A DNA stretch of 43,427 nucleotides, taken from assembly GCF_001642725.1 (NCBI RefSeq), contig NZ_LSUQ01000021.1, forward strand, positions 1 through 43,427, in the 5' to 3' direction. Origin of the DNA: Ferroacidibacillus organovorans. GTDB taxonomy: Bacteria > Bacillota > Bacilli > Alicyclobacillales > SLC66. The notes under the pieces are model-generated. The model saw nothing but the letters and a program-made list of their open reading frames with translations. It had not been told where the DNA came from and did not search any database. Shown here in pieces: positions 1-9,235 of this stretch; positions within the stretch are counted from its first letter, which is position 1, and each line of letters begins with the position of its first letter. The position numbers were made by a program, and so were the translations under genes.

Positions 1-129
1 CAGATTCAACGATTACTGTTCCTACCCTTCCTCCTACAGGGTATGGCTCAATTTGAGGCGCGTATAGATGATTGTCGCGTATCGTTTGCTGTGTCACGTA
101 GGAAACTTAGCCCAAAAGGCCACGATCCA

Positions 130-1641
130 TCAAGCGCGGTAGTCACTGCGCGTTCGCGCTACAGCCGACGTCCATCCCTGCCACAGCGCTTCGCGCGGCC
201 CGTGCTCCATGAGCGGACTAAACCTGCGCTCTGCGGCCCAGTGCTTTGCGATTTCTTCACGGGAGTCCCAGTAACCGACCGCCAAACCCGCCAGGTACGC
301 GGCGCCAAGCGCTGTAATCTCGCGAATGCGCGCACGCTCGACAGGCGCGCCAAGCAGATCTGCTTGAAACTGCATCAACAGGTTATTATCGGCCGCCCCC
401 CCATCCACGCGCAGCGTAGACAGCGCAAGACCTGCGTCCCGCTCCATCGCATCAAGCACATCCCGCGTCTGATACGCGAGGGATTCAAGCGTCGCACGCA
501 CGATGTGCGCTTGTGTCGTACCGCGCGTCAATCCGTAGATTGCCCCGCGCGCGTCCATATCCCAATACGGTGCGCCAAGCCCGACAAACGCTGGAACAAC
601 ATATACCCCTTCCGAACTCACGATCGACCTTGCAATCCGCTCCGAATCTGCGCTCGTCTCAAGGATCTTGAGCCCGTCGCGCAACCACTGAATCGCCGCC
701 CCCGCCATAAACACACTGCCTTCGAGCGCATACTCCACCCGCCCGCCGATCGACCACGCGACCGTCGTCAGCAACCCGTGCGCAGAGCGAATCCGCCGCT
801 CGCCCGTGTTCATCAACAAAAAACAGCCCGTCCCATAGGTGTTTTTGACCATGCCCGGCGCAAAGCACGCCTGTCCGAAAAGAGCAGCGTGCTGATCTCC
901 CGCCACCCCAGCAATTGGAACGACAGCGCCGCCCGTAATCGCCGCGTCAAGATTTCCGTATCGCTCACTTGACGAGCGGATCTCTGGCATCATGCAAGAG
1001 GGGATCGCCAAGAGCGAAAGCAGGTCATCGTCCCACGAGCCTGTCTCAAGGTTGTAAAGCATCGTGCGCGACGCGTTGGTGTGATCCGTCGCGTGCAGAT
1101 TCCCACCAGTCAAATGATAAATAAGCCACGTGTCCATCGTGCCAAACAGGATTTCTCCGCGTTCTGCCCGTTTCTGTCCATCAGGAATGGCGTCTAGCAA
1201 CCAGCGAATCTTGGTCGCCGAGAAATACGCGTCAACGACCAGCCCCGTTTTATCGCGCACCATCGCCTCATTTCCTGCTGCCCGCAATTGGTCGCAGATT
1301 TCAGAGGTCTGCCTGCTCTGCCAGACGATCGCGCGATGGAGCGGTCGGCCTGTCGAGCGTTCAAACAAGACGGTGGTCTCCCGCTGATTTGTGATTCCAA
1401 CACCCGCCAAGTCTGAATACGCGACGCCCGCCGACGCGAGCGCGTCCCTCATCACAGCGAGCACACCTTCCCAGATCTCGTCGGCGTCATGCTCCACCCA
1501 GCCTGGTTTTGGAAAGTACTGCGCAAACTCTTTCTTGGCCATCCCGCGAATCGTTCCACGCCGATCGAAGATCATGGCCCTGGTGCTCGTCGTTCCTTGA
1601 TCAATGGCGAGAATAAAAGATTCACACCGATCGCTCATCAT
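130..1641 (-). CDS. glpK: glycerol kinase
   Basis: FGGY kinase motifs [59 protein letters not shown]. Start placed at ATG 1641 (or 1638), overlapping the upstream gene's TGA (ATGA). Confidence 0.95.
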   Translation of the reverse strand: MMSDRCESFILAIDQGTTSTRAMIFDRRGTIRGMAKKEFAQYFPKPGWVEHDADEIWEGVLAVMRDALASAGVAYSDLAGVGITNQRETTVLFERSTGRPLHRAIVWQSRQTSEICDQLRAAGNEAMVRDKTGLVVDAYFSATKIRWLLDAIPDGQKRAERGEILFGTMDTWLIYHLTGGNLHATDHTNASRTMLYNLETGSWDDDLLSLLAIPSCMMPEIRSSSERYGNLDAAITGGAVVPIAGVAGDQHAALFGQACFAPGMVKNTYGTGCFLLMNTGERRIRSAHGLLTTVAWSIGGRVEYALEGSVFMAGAAIQWLRDGLKILETSADSERIARSIVSSEGVYVVPAFVGLGAPYWDMDARGAIYGLTRGTTQAHIVRATLESLAYQTRDVLDAMERDAGLALSTLRVDGGAADNNLLMQFQADLLGAPVERARIREITALGAAYLAGLAVGYWDSREEIAKHWAAERRFSPLMEHGPREALWQGWTSAVARTRSDYRA

Positions 1642-2927
1642 TCGCCCGCCCCTTTTGAGCCCGTATTCTTGCGATGCATCATTCGGTGAAACCATTCGCC
1701 AACGCCTATCCATCCCGAACCTGCAAAAAGGGCGAACATCGGCATCATCGGATAGCGAAAGCGACTCCAGGCGGGAAATGCCAGAAAAATGACCGTGTCA
1801 TAAAAGAGATAGAGAATCACCATCTGCAAGGCGAACTTCGCAGCGGCAGAAAGGTTTCGCCTTACGAAAAATCCGATCAGAGCGAAAATCATAAAACCGT
1901 AGTAGGCATACGTGTCAAAGCGCCGCCAGTTCTCAATCACAGGAAAAGGAACATGCGGAAGCTGCGCCAAGAAGGTGTAATGCACGGCGTTTTGATCCGA
2001 CGCATACAAGTTCCTGATCTTATAAAGTCCATTCTCAAAAAAATTGAGCGGATGATGAAACAGGTAGCGAAAGAATGCGTTCATGCCAATCGCATTCTCC
2101 TTGATCTCATTTCCGTGCGCTGCGAGCAGCGGATTTTGTGCAGGATTCCACAGCCAATAAAAGCCTTTGTTCGCGTAGATTCCCTGCCAAAGGTTCACCC
2201 CGCCGTTTGTCGAAATAAGAATGAGATGATGCATCGCGATCCAGTTGCGCAAGGTGACTGGCAGGATTGCAAAGGCCATCCCCGCCAACACATAAATGAG
2301 CACGCGCGAGTAAAATCGCCACTGCACACGCCGCCAGATCACAGCGATTCCCCACGCCATAAACGGAAAAAGAAGTGGGATCGGACGCACGTCGCAGGCC
2401 ACGCCAAGCACCACACCCGCACTCCCATAAGCGACCCATGGTCTGCGCATGGCGCTCGCCGGGATCGTAAAGATCGCCAGGAAGATCATCAAGAGAATGG
2501 TGAACAATTCTTCCGAGCCAAGTACTGCATTCCACTGGATTTGACTTGGTAACGCGGTATACAATGCGGCAGCGGCGAGCGCGACGCCCTTGCGCGCAAA
2601 AATGCGAAACGCCAGCACATAGGTGAGCGCGACAATCCCGACGCTCAAAAGCGCATTCGTAATAAGTCCCACCCAAACGGTTTGCGGAAACACGCGATAG
2701 ATCAAAGACAAAAAGAACGGATACCCAATCGGCCAGTATGCGGTGTAGCCGCCCGTCGCACGCCGATACCCAAGCCCTTTTGCAAGGTCGACGGCGTGAT
2801 AAAAATACCAGGCAAAGTCCTCCGACTGCGGCGGGTGCATCCACGCCAAAAAACCGAAACGCAAAACCAGATTGAGCAAAAGAAGCCACAAGAGCCCGCC
2901 GTGATTCGCAATACCTCGGTTACGCAA
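1638..2927 (-). CDS. multi-pass membrane glycosyltransferase, GT-C fold (ArnT/PMT/family 39-like)
   Basis: Many hydrophobic segments, N-terminal periplasmic-type loop with ED...[18 protein letters not shown]...[12 protein letters not shown] and C-terminal RFRYP, typical of GT-C enzymes. TTG start uncertain. Confidence 0.7.
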   Translation of the reverse strand: MRNRGIANHGGLLWLLLLNLVLRFGFLAWMHPPQSEDFAWYFYHAVDLAKGLGYRRATGGYTAYWPIGYPFFLSLIYRVFPQTVWVGLITNALLSVGIVALTYVLAFRIFARKGVALAAAALYTALPSQIQWNAVLGSEELFTILLMIFLAIFTIPASAMRRPWVAYGSAGVVLGVACDVRPIPLLFPFMAWGIAVIWRRVQWRFYSRVLIYVLAGMAFAILPVTLRNWIAMHHLILISTNGGVNLWQGIYANKGFYWLWNPAQNPLLAAHGNEIKENAIGMNAFFRYLFHHPLNFFENGLYKIRNLYASDQNAVHYTFLAQLPHVPFPVIENWRRFDTYAYYGFMIFALIGFFVRRNLSAAAKFALQMVILYLFYDTVIFLAFPAWSRFRYPMMPMFALFAGSGWIGVGEWFHRMMHRKNTGSKGAGE

Positions 2928-3094
2928 AAATAGTAAAACGGATCTTCCCTCACTTCAGCCAACAAATTGAATCAACCCATAGAATCTGCAAATCAAACAC
3001 TGCCATAACCCAAGTATCCACGTTTTGCGTCCGTCTTTCAATTCACGTTTTGCAGAAATACGATGCTGCCTGAATCATCTGTTCTGAAATCGTT

Positions 3095-3123
3095 TTGGAT
3101 GCGCGATCCAAGTGCGCTACAAT
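3095..3123 (+). promoter_or_regulatory. sigma-A promoter of gnd
   Basis: TTGGAT-17 nt-TACAAT. The -35 is the left arm of an inverted repeat TTGGAT-GCGCG-ATCCAA. Confidence 0.6.
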
Positions 3124-3173
3124 AGCCTCATCGTACAGATGGACAGGCTGGCATGAAACAGGAGGATACCCAC

Positions 3174-4076
3174 GTGATCATTGGACTTATAGGACTCGGA
3201 AAAATGGGGTTTGCGCTCGGCGAACAAATGTTGGAAAAGGGGCACACCGTTCTCGCGACCGATGTGAGTGAGGCGTCGCGCGCCAGTTTTGAAGAAGTTG
3301 GCGGCAAAACGGTGCGCACTTCAGCCGAATTGGTCTCTTCGCTTCAGACTCCGCGCGTCGTATGGTTGATGGTTCCCCAAGGCAAGATCGTGGATCAAGT
3401 TTTGTCCGAAATGCTCCCTCGGCTCGACGCAGGTGACATTGTCATCGAGGCGGGAAACTCGCAGTACAAAGACAGCATGCGCCGCGCAAAAGAGGCCAGC
3501 GATCACGGGATCGCCTATCTCGATGTCGGCACATCCGGCGGCGTGGAGGGCGCACGCCACGGTGCGTGCTACATGATCGGCGGAGAAAAAGAAGCATTCC
3601 TGCGCGCGGAAGAACTCTTTTCAAGCACTGCCGTGAAGGGCGGCTATGCCTATGTCGGTCCATCCGGCAGCGGACACTACGCAAAAATGGTGCACAACGG
3701 CATCGAATACGGCATGATGGCCGCGATCGGCGAAGGGTTTGAGATCTTGCAAAAGAGCCCCTTTCCCTATGAATTAGGGGACGTGGCAAACGTGTTTACA
3801 AACGGCTCGGTCATCCGCGGGTGGCTGATGGACCTGACGGCGCGCGCCCTCGAAAAAGACCCGAACCTCACCTCCATTCGCGGTGTCATGCACTCTTCCG
3901 GCGAGGGCAAGTGGACACTCGAAGAAGCGCTTGACCTGCAGGTGGCATCGCCCGTGATCGCGCTGTCCCTGATGATGCGCTATCGCTCGCAAGAAACAGA
4001 TACCTTCACAGGCAAAGTAGTCGCGGCGCTGCGCAATGAGTTTGGCGGCCACGCCGTTGAAAAAGCGGGCGAGTAA
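3174..4076 (+). CDS. gnd: 6-phosphogluconate dehydrogenase, decarboxylating (short YqeC/GntZ type)
   Basis: GLIGLGKMG, VWLMVP, DVGTSGG, GHYAKMVHNGIEYG, SGEGKWT, ALRNEFGGH. GTG start 3174 after AGGAGG. Confidence 0.93.
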   Translation: MIIGLIGLGKMGFALGEQMLEKGHTVLATDVSEASRASFEEVGGKTVRTSAELVSSLQTPRVVWLMVPQGKIVDQVLSEMLPRLDAGDIVIEAGNSQYKDSMRRAKEASDHGIAYLDVGTSGGVEGARHGACYMIGGEKEAFLRAEELFSSTAVKGGYAYVGPSGSGHYAKMVHNGIEYGMMAAIGEGFEILQKSPFPYELGDVANVFTNGSVIRGWLMDLTARALEKDPNLTSIRGVMHSSGEGKWTLEEALDLQVASPVIALSLMMRYRSQETDTFTGKVVAALRNEFGGHAVEKAGE

Positions 4077-4083
4077 CCTCGCC

Positions 4084-4133
4084 AAAAAAAGGCCCCGCAT
4101 GGACGCAAGTTCACGTCCATGCGGGGCTTTTCT
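4084..4133. terminator. bidirectional intrinsic terminator
   Basis: 14-bp stem GCCCCGCATGGACG/CGTCCATGCGGGGC flanked by an A tract and TTTTCTT, between the convergent gnd and cyclase genes. Confidence 0.85.
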
Positions 4134-4145
4134 TACACCTGCGTG

Positions 4146-4790
4146 TTACGCACCCTCGCCTGCTGGCGCAGACAAGTCAAACAGTAACACGCGCGCCGGC
4201 GCCGCGTCGACGCCTTTTAAGCGAAGCGGTGCGCATACCATCAAGTAGTGGGCGGGAGGCACGGCGCCCAAGCGTAACCCTTCAAGAATCACTACGTTCG
4301 CTGAAAAGAGCGCCTTGTGCGTCGGATGCCCATCCTGGCTTCGCTCAATGCCGAGCGCATCAATGCCGACACCCGCGATGCCAATCTCCGCGAGAAACCT
4401 TGCACCGCTTTCCTTAAGAAAGACAAACCCCGGATCAAAACCTTCACGCGCTGAGTTGCGCGTCTGAAAAAGCAGGAATTCGCCCGCCTGTATCGTAAAT
4501 GGCTCAAGGTCTTCACGCGCAATCGCGTCTTCTACATGCGTGAGATTGAGCACGCGGCACGTCGTCACAAGGCGCTCCAAACCGATCGCCTCAATCGGCG
4601 CACCGCCTTCAACCATGTGCAGTGGCGCATCGACATGCGTGCCGGTATGCACGTCAAGAGACACGCGCGTCTCTTGAAAGCCATGCGTGGAAAACGCGGC
4701 CGTTTGCGCAAAGCTCGGCCGCTTCTCTTCCTTGTCCTTGTAGACCGCCATCTCTGTGACGATGTCCATGGATACGTCATAAAACCTCAC
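4146..4790 (-). CDS. cyclase family (KynB/kynurenine formamidase-like) metal-dependent hydrolase
   Basis: HTGTHVDAPLH signature, GVGIDALGIE, H-K-ALF, ILEGL, APARVLL. GTG start overlaps the zwf stop (GTGA). Confidence 0.85.
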   Translation of the reverse strand: MRFYDVSMDIVTEMAVYKDKEEKRPSFAQTAAFSTHGFQETRVSLDVHTGTHVDAPLHMVEGGAPIEAIGLERLVTTCRVLNLTHVEDAIAREDLEPFTIQAGEFLLFQTRNSAREGFDPGFVFLKESGARFLAEIGIAGVGIDALGIERSQDGHPTHKALFSANVVILEGLRLGAVPPAHYLMVCAPLRLKGVDAAPARVLLFDLSAPAGEGA

Positions 4791-6367
4791 GGTGCCACCT
4801 CCAGCGTGCGCGCCTGCTGGCGCAAGAGTTCATCTTCGACCGACGATGTGTCTTTCCCATAAACTGGCCACCAGCGATAGCCATCCTTTTCAACCAGCGC
4901 GTTTGCCAAATCCGGCCCCCACGTTCCCGCCTCATACGTTTCAAGTGGCGCAGCGCCCTCGCGAAACGCCTCGGCAATCGGATCGACAAACTTCCAGGCG
5001 AGCGACACCTCATCCCAGCGCGTAAAGAACGTCGAGTCGCCGCGCATCGCGTCATACAACAAGCGTTCGTACGCCTCTGGCGCGTTGTCCGCATCCTGGC
5101 TGAACTCCATCGCAATCGGGACGACTGACCCTTCTGTCCCCGGTTTTTTCGCGTTGAGCTGCATGTACATGCCTTCCGCCGGATTGACGCGAATCACGAG
5201 CAGGTTTGGCCCCAGTTGACCGTCGCGATTGAAGTACAGATCGCGCGGCATATCACGAAATTGAATGACAATCTCTGTGGACTTGAGCGCCATTCGCTTT
5301 CCTGTGCGCAGATAAAAGGGAACGCCTGCCCAGCGGAAATTATCGATAAAAAGGCGCGCCGCGACAAACGTCTCCGTCTGCGATGCTGCATTAACGCCGT
5401 GTTCTTGGCGATACCCAGGCAGTGTCTGCCCTTCTGCGCTTTTCACTCCCGCCGTGTACTGGCCGCGCACCACATTCTCTTTCACATCGTGTGGCCCATA
5501 GCGGCGCAGCGAGCGCAGCACCTTTACCTTTTCGTCGCGGATCGCCTCCGTTTTCAGACGACTGGGCGGCTCCATCGCAATCATCATGACCATTTGCAAC
5601 ATATGGTTTTGCACCATGTCCCGCAGCGCCCCGGAGCCTTCGTAATACGAGGCGCGATCTTCCACGCCCACCGTTTCGCTGGATGTGATCTGAACGTTTG
5701 CAATGGATCGATTGTTCCAGAGCGGCTCGAACATCGAGTTTGCAAAGCGGATGACCTCGATGTTTTGCACCATCTCCTTGCCAAGATAGTGATCGATCCG
5801 ATAGATGTCCTCCTCTGCAAACGCCTGGCGCAACTGTTCATTGAGCGCCTGCGCCGTCTCAAAATCGCGACCAAACGGCTTCTCAATGATCAGTCGGCAA
5901 AATCCGGGCGACTGAGACAGTCCACACGCCGCGATGGAGAGTGCGACATCCCCGAAAAACTCAGGGGCCATCGCCAAGTAAAACAAGCGATTCGGTGTGC
6001 GTCCGTCGCGCTCCAACTCCCGCACGCGCTCGTGCAGCGTGGTGTAGTCAACTTTTCGGTCAGCGTGCACAGCCTGATAGTGCAGGCGCTTGGCGAAAGC
6101 AGGGAAACCAACGAGATCCTGCTCGCTAAGCTTTCCGTACGTTAGCAGCGCCTGTCTTACCTCGCTGACAAACGCTTCGTCCGAAAGCGCGCGCCGCGCG
6201 GTGCCGACGATGCTTACGCGCTCAGGGAGCATGTCTCGCATGTACATGTGATAGAGGGCTGGATAGAGTTTTCGCCGCGCGAGATCGCCCGTTGCGCCAA
6301 AGAGGACGAGTGTATGTTCTGGAGCCAAACCTTCGATTGTATGAATTTCATTCATCTCGTTTACCAA
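4787..6367 (-). CDS. zwf: glucose-6-phosphate 1-dehydrogenase
   Basis: GATGDLARRKLYP, IEKPFG, RIDHYLGKE, DMVQNH, RWAGVPFYLRTGK, AYERLL. TTG start after AAAGGGAG. Confidence 0.96.
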   Translation of the reverse strand: MVNEMNEIHTIEGLAPEHTLVLFGATGDLARRKLYPALYHMYMRDMLPERVSIVGTARRALSDEAFVSEVRQALLTYGKLSEQDLVGFPAFAKRLHYQAVHADRKVDYTTLHERVRELERDGRTPNRLFYLAMAPEFFGDVALSIAACGLSQSPGFCRLIIEKPFGRDFETAQALNEQLRQAFAEEDIYRIDHYLGKEMVQNIEVIRFANSMFEPLWNNRSIANVQITSSETVGVEDRASYYEGSGALRDMVQNHMLQMVMMIAMEPPSRLKTEAIRDEKVKVLRSLRRYGPHDVKENVVRGQYTAGVKSAEGQTLPGYRQEHGVNAASQTETFVAARLFIDNFRWAGVPFYLRTGKRMALKSTEIVIQFRDMPRDLYFNRDGQLGPNLLVIRVNPAEGMYMQLNAKKPGTEGSVVPIAMEFSQDADNAPEAYERLLYDAMRGDSTFFTRWDEVSLAWKFVDPIAEAFREGAAPLETYEAGTWGPDLANALVEKDGYRWWPVYGKDTSSVEDELLRQQARTLEVAP

Positions 6368-6486
6368 GAGAATCTCCCTTTGCTCTCATTCGCGATGTGA
6401 ATCGCGAATCATTGGACTGCGATTAACCATCAGGGGAAGTTGAAGACTTCACCTACCAGCTGATAAGTCTCATTGTAGACTTTTCT

Positions 6487-7662
6487 TTATCTCGACGCGA
6501 ACGAGGCAAACGCATTCGCCACCGTCTCCACGTCTTCACGCGTATGATCTGCGGTTACCGTCAGACGAATGCGCGATGTGCCTTCAGGGACGCTTGGCGG
6601 CCGGATTGCCGGCGCAAAAACACCCATTTGATCCAGGTGCGCGCTGAGCGCAAGCGCCGCACCAGCGTCCCCGATGCGAACAGGGATAATCGGCGTAATC
6701 CCTTGCGATGCCGCAAACCCACGCGCTTGCAGCGCCATTCGCAATTCGCGTGCACGACTGTGCATACGCTCTCGGCGCTCTGATTCATCTGCCGCAATGT
6801 GCAGCGCGGCGTGCGCACCCGCGATCACTGCAGGACTGAGCGCGGTCGAAAACATAAACGGTCGCGCCGCCTGACGAAGCCATGCGATAAGCGTCTGCGC
6901 ACCCGCCACATAACCGCCCTCACTGCCCAATGCCTTCGAGAGTGTCCCCACATGCAAGTCAATCTCGTGTGCGGCCATGCCAAAATGCGCGGCCGTCCCT
7001 TCACCGCGCGGACCGAGCACACCTGTCGCATGTGCGTCATCAACGATCAAAAGTGCATTCCACGCACGTTTTAGGCGCACCAAATCTGCAAGCGGCGCGA
7101 GATCCCCATCCATCGAGAAGACACCGTCCGTGACAATGATGCGAAGACCAGAAACAGGCGTCACCCGCAACTTCTCCTCAAGATCGCTCACATCACCGTG
7201 TCTGTACACGACCACACGCGCCCGACTCATGCGACACCCGTCAATCAGACTTGCGTGGTTCAGTTCATCTGAAAATAGGACATCCCCTTCGCGCGCAAAC
7301 GTCGTCATGACAGCCAAATTCGCCATGTAGCCTGTATTGAAAAGAAGCGCCGCATCCGTGCCGCGATGTTTTGCGAGCGCAATTTCCAGTTGCTCGTGAA
7401 GCGCGCTGTGTCCTGTCGTCATGCGCGAACCGGTCGAGCCAAGCCCATGCGTCTCAAGCGCGCCCTGCGCCGCCGCGCGGACGCGCGGATGATGCGCCAG
7501 CCCCAAATAATTGTTGGACGCGCAAAGCAGGACGACCCGGTCATCGCGCAGTGCGGTGCGCCCATCCAGCACGCGAAGCGCGCGCAACGCACGCGTCCGT
7601 CCCGCTTGCTCGATGGTTTCTAAAACGGTTACTGCACGCTCTGTCCAAGCGCTGGCGCTCAT
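6487..7662 (-). CDS. bioF: 8-amino-7-oxononanoate synthase (PLP alpha-oxoamine synthase)
   Basis: SNNYLGL, GYMAN, NHASLIDG, DGVFSMDGD, DDAH, GTLSKALG (PLP lysine), AIRPPSVP. Confidence 0.85.
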   Translation of the reverse strand: MSASAWTERAVTVLETIEQAGRTRALRALRVLDGRTALRDDRVVLLCASNNYLGLAHHPRVRAAAQGALETHGLGSTGSRMTTGHSALHEQLEIALAKHRGTDAALLFNTGYMANLAVMTTFAREGDVLFSDELNHASLIDGCRMSRARVVVYRHGDVSDLEEKLRVTPVSGLRIIVTDGVFSMDGDLAPLADLVRLKRAWNALLIVDDAHATGVLGPRGEGTAAHFGMAAHEIDLHVGTLSKALGSEGGYVAGAQTLIAWLRQAARPFMFSTALSPAVIAGAHAALHIAADESERRERMHSRARELRMALQARGFAASQGITPIIPVRIGDAGAALALSAHLDQMGVFAPAIRPPSVPEGTSRIRLTVTADHTREDVETVANAFASFASR

Positions 7663-7692
7663 TCTGTCAATCCCTTTCTTTAACACAGAAGC

Positions 7693-8139
7693 TCAAATTC
7701 TCTTGGCGGTGTAGAGCGCTCCAAAAAACACTGCAAGCACCGCAATGTACGCAAACGACATCCACATCGAGTAGACGTTTGCGCCGTGGGAGATGAGAAA
7801 CATCACGCCGTTGTATCCAGCAAAAAGCAAGATCAATAGTCCTGCGGTGTATGCGCTACGCCAAACCATGCCTTTCATGAAAAAAGCGCGCACGGCGCCG
7901 GCACACGTGATCAAAACAAGCAGAACACCAGTACCCGCGTGCGCCGCGAGAATTGGCGGACTGTGAGCGAGCGACCAGTTGAGCGTGACCCAAAGCCCAC
8001 TCCACGTGCGCGCAGGCGAGATCACAGCATACGGAATCGTCACATAGAGATTGGCGATAATCCCAAAAATGTACTGCAGGGTCAGCAAAAAGAGCACGAA
8101 CCACGTGAGCTTATTCAATCCACCCGTTTTTCCGCGCAT
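7693..8139 (-). CDS. hypothetical 4-TM membrane protein
   Basis: Four hydrophobic segments with QYIFG, AAHAGTG and SMWM. Co-oriented and closely spaced between the secreted protein and bioF. Confidence 0.7.
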   Translation of the reverse strand: MRGKTGGLNKLTWFVLFLLTLQYIFGIIANLYVTIPYAVISPARTWSGLWVTLNWSLAHSPPILAAHAGTGVLLVLITCAGAVRAFFMKGMVWRSAYTAGLLILLFAGYNGVMFLISHGANVYSMWMSFAYIAVLAVFFGALYTAKRI

Positions 8140-8158
8140 AAAATCCCGCCCTCTGTCC

Positions 8159-9094
8159 TTACATGCCACTCATGTTACTCATTCCATTCATACTTCCTGA
8201 CGAGGCTTTCCCAGAAATCATCGCTTTCGTGATGAGCACGCCGCGAAATACGATCTTTTCTTTCCCGATCTGCACGTTCACCGTATAGCTTCCTGGTTTG
8301 ACTGCGACCGCATTCCCATAGTGATAGTCAGGGATTCCTGTCTTTGAACTGTACATTGGCACGCTTTGCACAATCGTCTTCATGCCTGTCTTCTCCGAGA
8401 TCAGTTCAATCTTTGGCATTAACCCCAACTCAACCGCACCCGTCTGTCGCGAGAACACGTGCACTTCGAGGTGCATATTCACCTTCTGCCCGTGATCGGT
8501 CATCGCCATGGCGGGCATCATGCCGCCTGTTTGCACCATGATATCACCCGTCAAGCCGTGCTTTGCTTGCGCTGCCGTGATCATCGAACCAAGCGGGCCA
8601 ATCTGTAGACTGACAATCGACGTGGCCGTCTCTTTCTGTTGCTCAGCCGTTCCTTTTGCAATCGGGCCAAGATCTGCCATCGCGATCATCTTTTCCCGCC
8701 CGCCTACATCCTCGGAAACCTTGAAGCACCAACCCGTCTCCGGAATAAAGTCAACCTTTGGTACCGTTGTTTCACTCACCCACTGACCATTTTGCCAGAC
8801 AGGTTTGGCAAGAAGAAATCCCGGTATCGAAGGACCCGCTCCATACGTGCCAAAAGAAAGGGCGTCCATTACGCGAGCACGTCGGCTGACGCCTGCCAAC
8901 GTCACATTCACACGCATGCCGCCGTGTGGCAAAATGGCCATTTGTACCTTCCCGGATACATTCGTGTGAGCAGATGGCATAAGCATCACCGTCTTTTGTT
9001 TTAAACCGAGCGCTTGTTCAGCGGCGAATGACGGCGAAGAGAGCGGCACGGTAAGCGCGAGAAGAAGTGCAACGCGAGAGACCCAAGGTTTCAT
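8159..9094 (-). CDS. secreted Met-rich protein: degenerate Cu/Zn-SOD/CHRD-like N domain plus P19/Tp34-like C domain
   Basis: Signal peptide ending PSFA. C domain has HLEVH...PM...HYGN...PGSY. C-terminal tail SMNGMSNMSGM. Domain calls are by-eye resemblance. Confidence 0.6.
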   Translation of the reverse strand: MKPWVSRVALLLALTVPLSSPSFAAEQALGLKQKTVMLMPSAHTNVSGKVQMAILPHGGMRVNVTLAGVSRRARVMDALSFGTYGAGPSIPGFLLAKPVWQNGQWVSETTVPKVDFIPETGWCFKVSEDVGGREKMIAMADLGPIAKGTAEQQKETATSIVSLQIGPLGSMITAAQAKHGLTGDIMVQTGGMMPAMAMTDHGQKVNMHLEVHVFSRQTGAVELGLMPKIELISEKTGMKTIVQSVPMYSSKTGIPDYHYGNAVAVKPGSYTVNVQIGKEKIVFRGVLITKAMISGKASSGSMNGMSNMSGM

Positions 9095-9168
9095 CTAGTA
9101 ATCCCACTTTCTGTCGGTCACGAGAGTATGTAAAAAGTTGGCTTTAGTCTAGCACACCGCGCCCACAG

Positions 9169-9197
9169 AAAAAAGGAAGAGTTTCCTCTTCCTTTTT
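9169..9197 (-). terminator. intrinsic terminator after aldo/keto reductase
   Basis: AAAAAGGAAGAG-TTTC-CTCTTCCTTTTT hairpin with A/T tracts. Confidence 0.7.
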
Positions 9198-9235
9198 AAA
9201 ACAGAAAATAAAAAAACATAGCGCCTCAGGGAGGA

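Noticed and set aside
1..40. Minus-strand RBS (AGGAGG) and possible start of a gene leaving the window
   Set aside because: Only a few codons are visible; neither the start nor the product can be assigned.
43..972. 309-aa plus-strand ORF, and similar long antisense ORFs (1674-2552, 5216-6145, 12249-13106, 13682-14527, 16924-17784, 20158-20889)
   Set aside because: They lie opposite well-supported genes, have no RBS or family motifs, and are typical shadow ORFs of GC-rich coding sequence.
6427..6470. SAM-I riboswitch upstream of zwf (starts CTTATCA)
   Set aside because: Lacks the AGAG/GAGGGA kink-turn, GCAACC and GTGC core elements; kept only as an unclassified structured leader.
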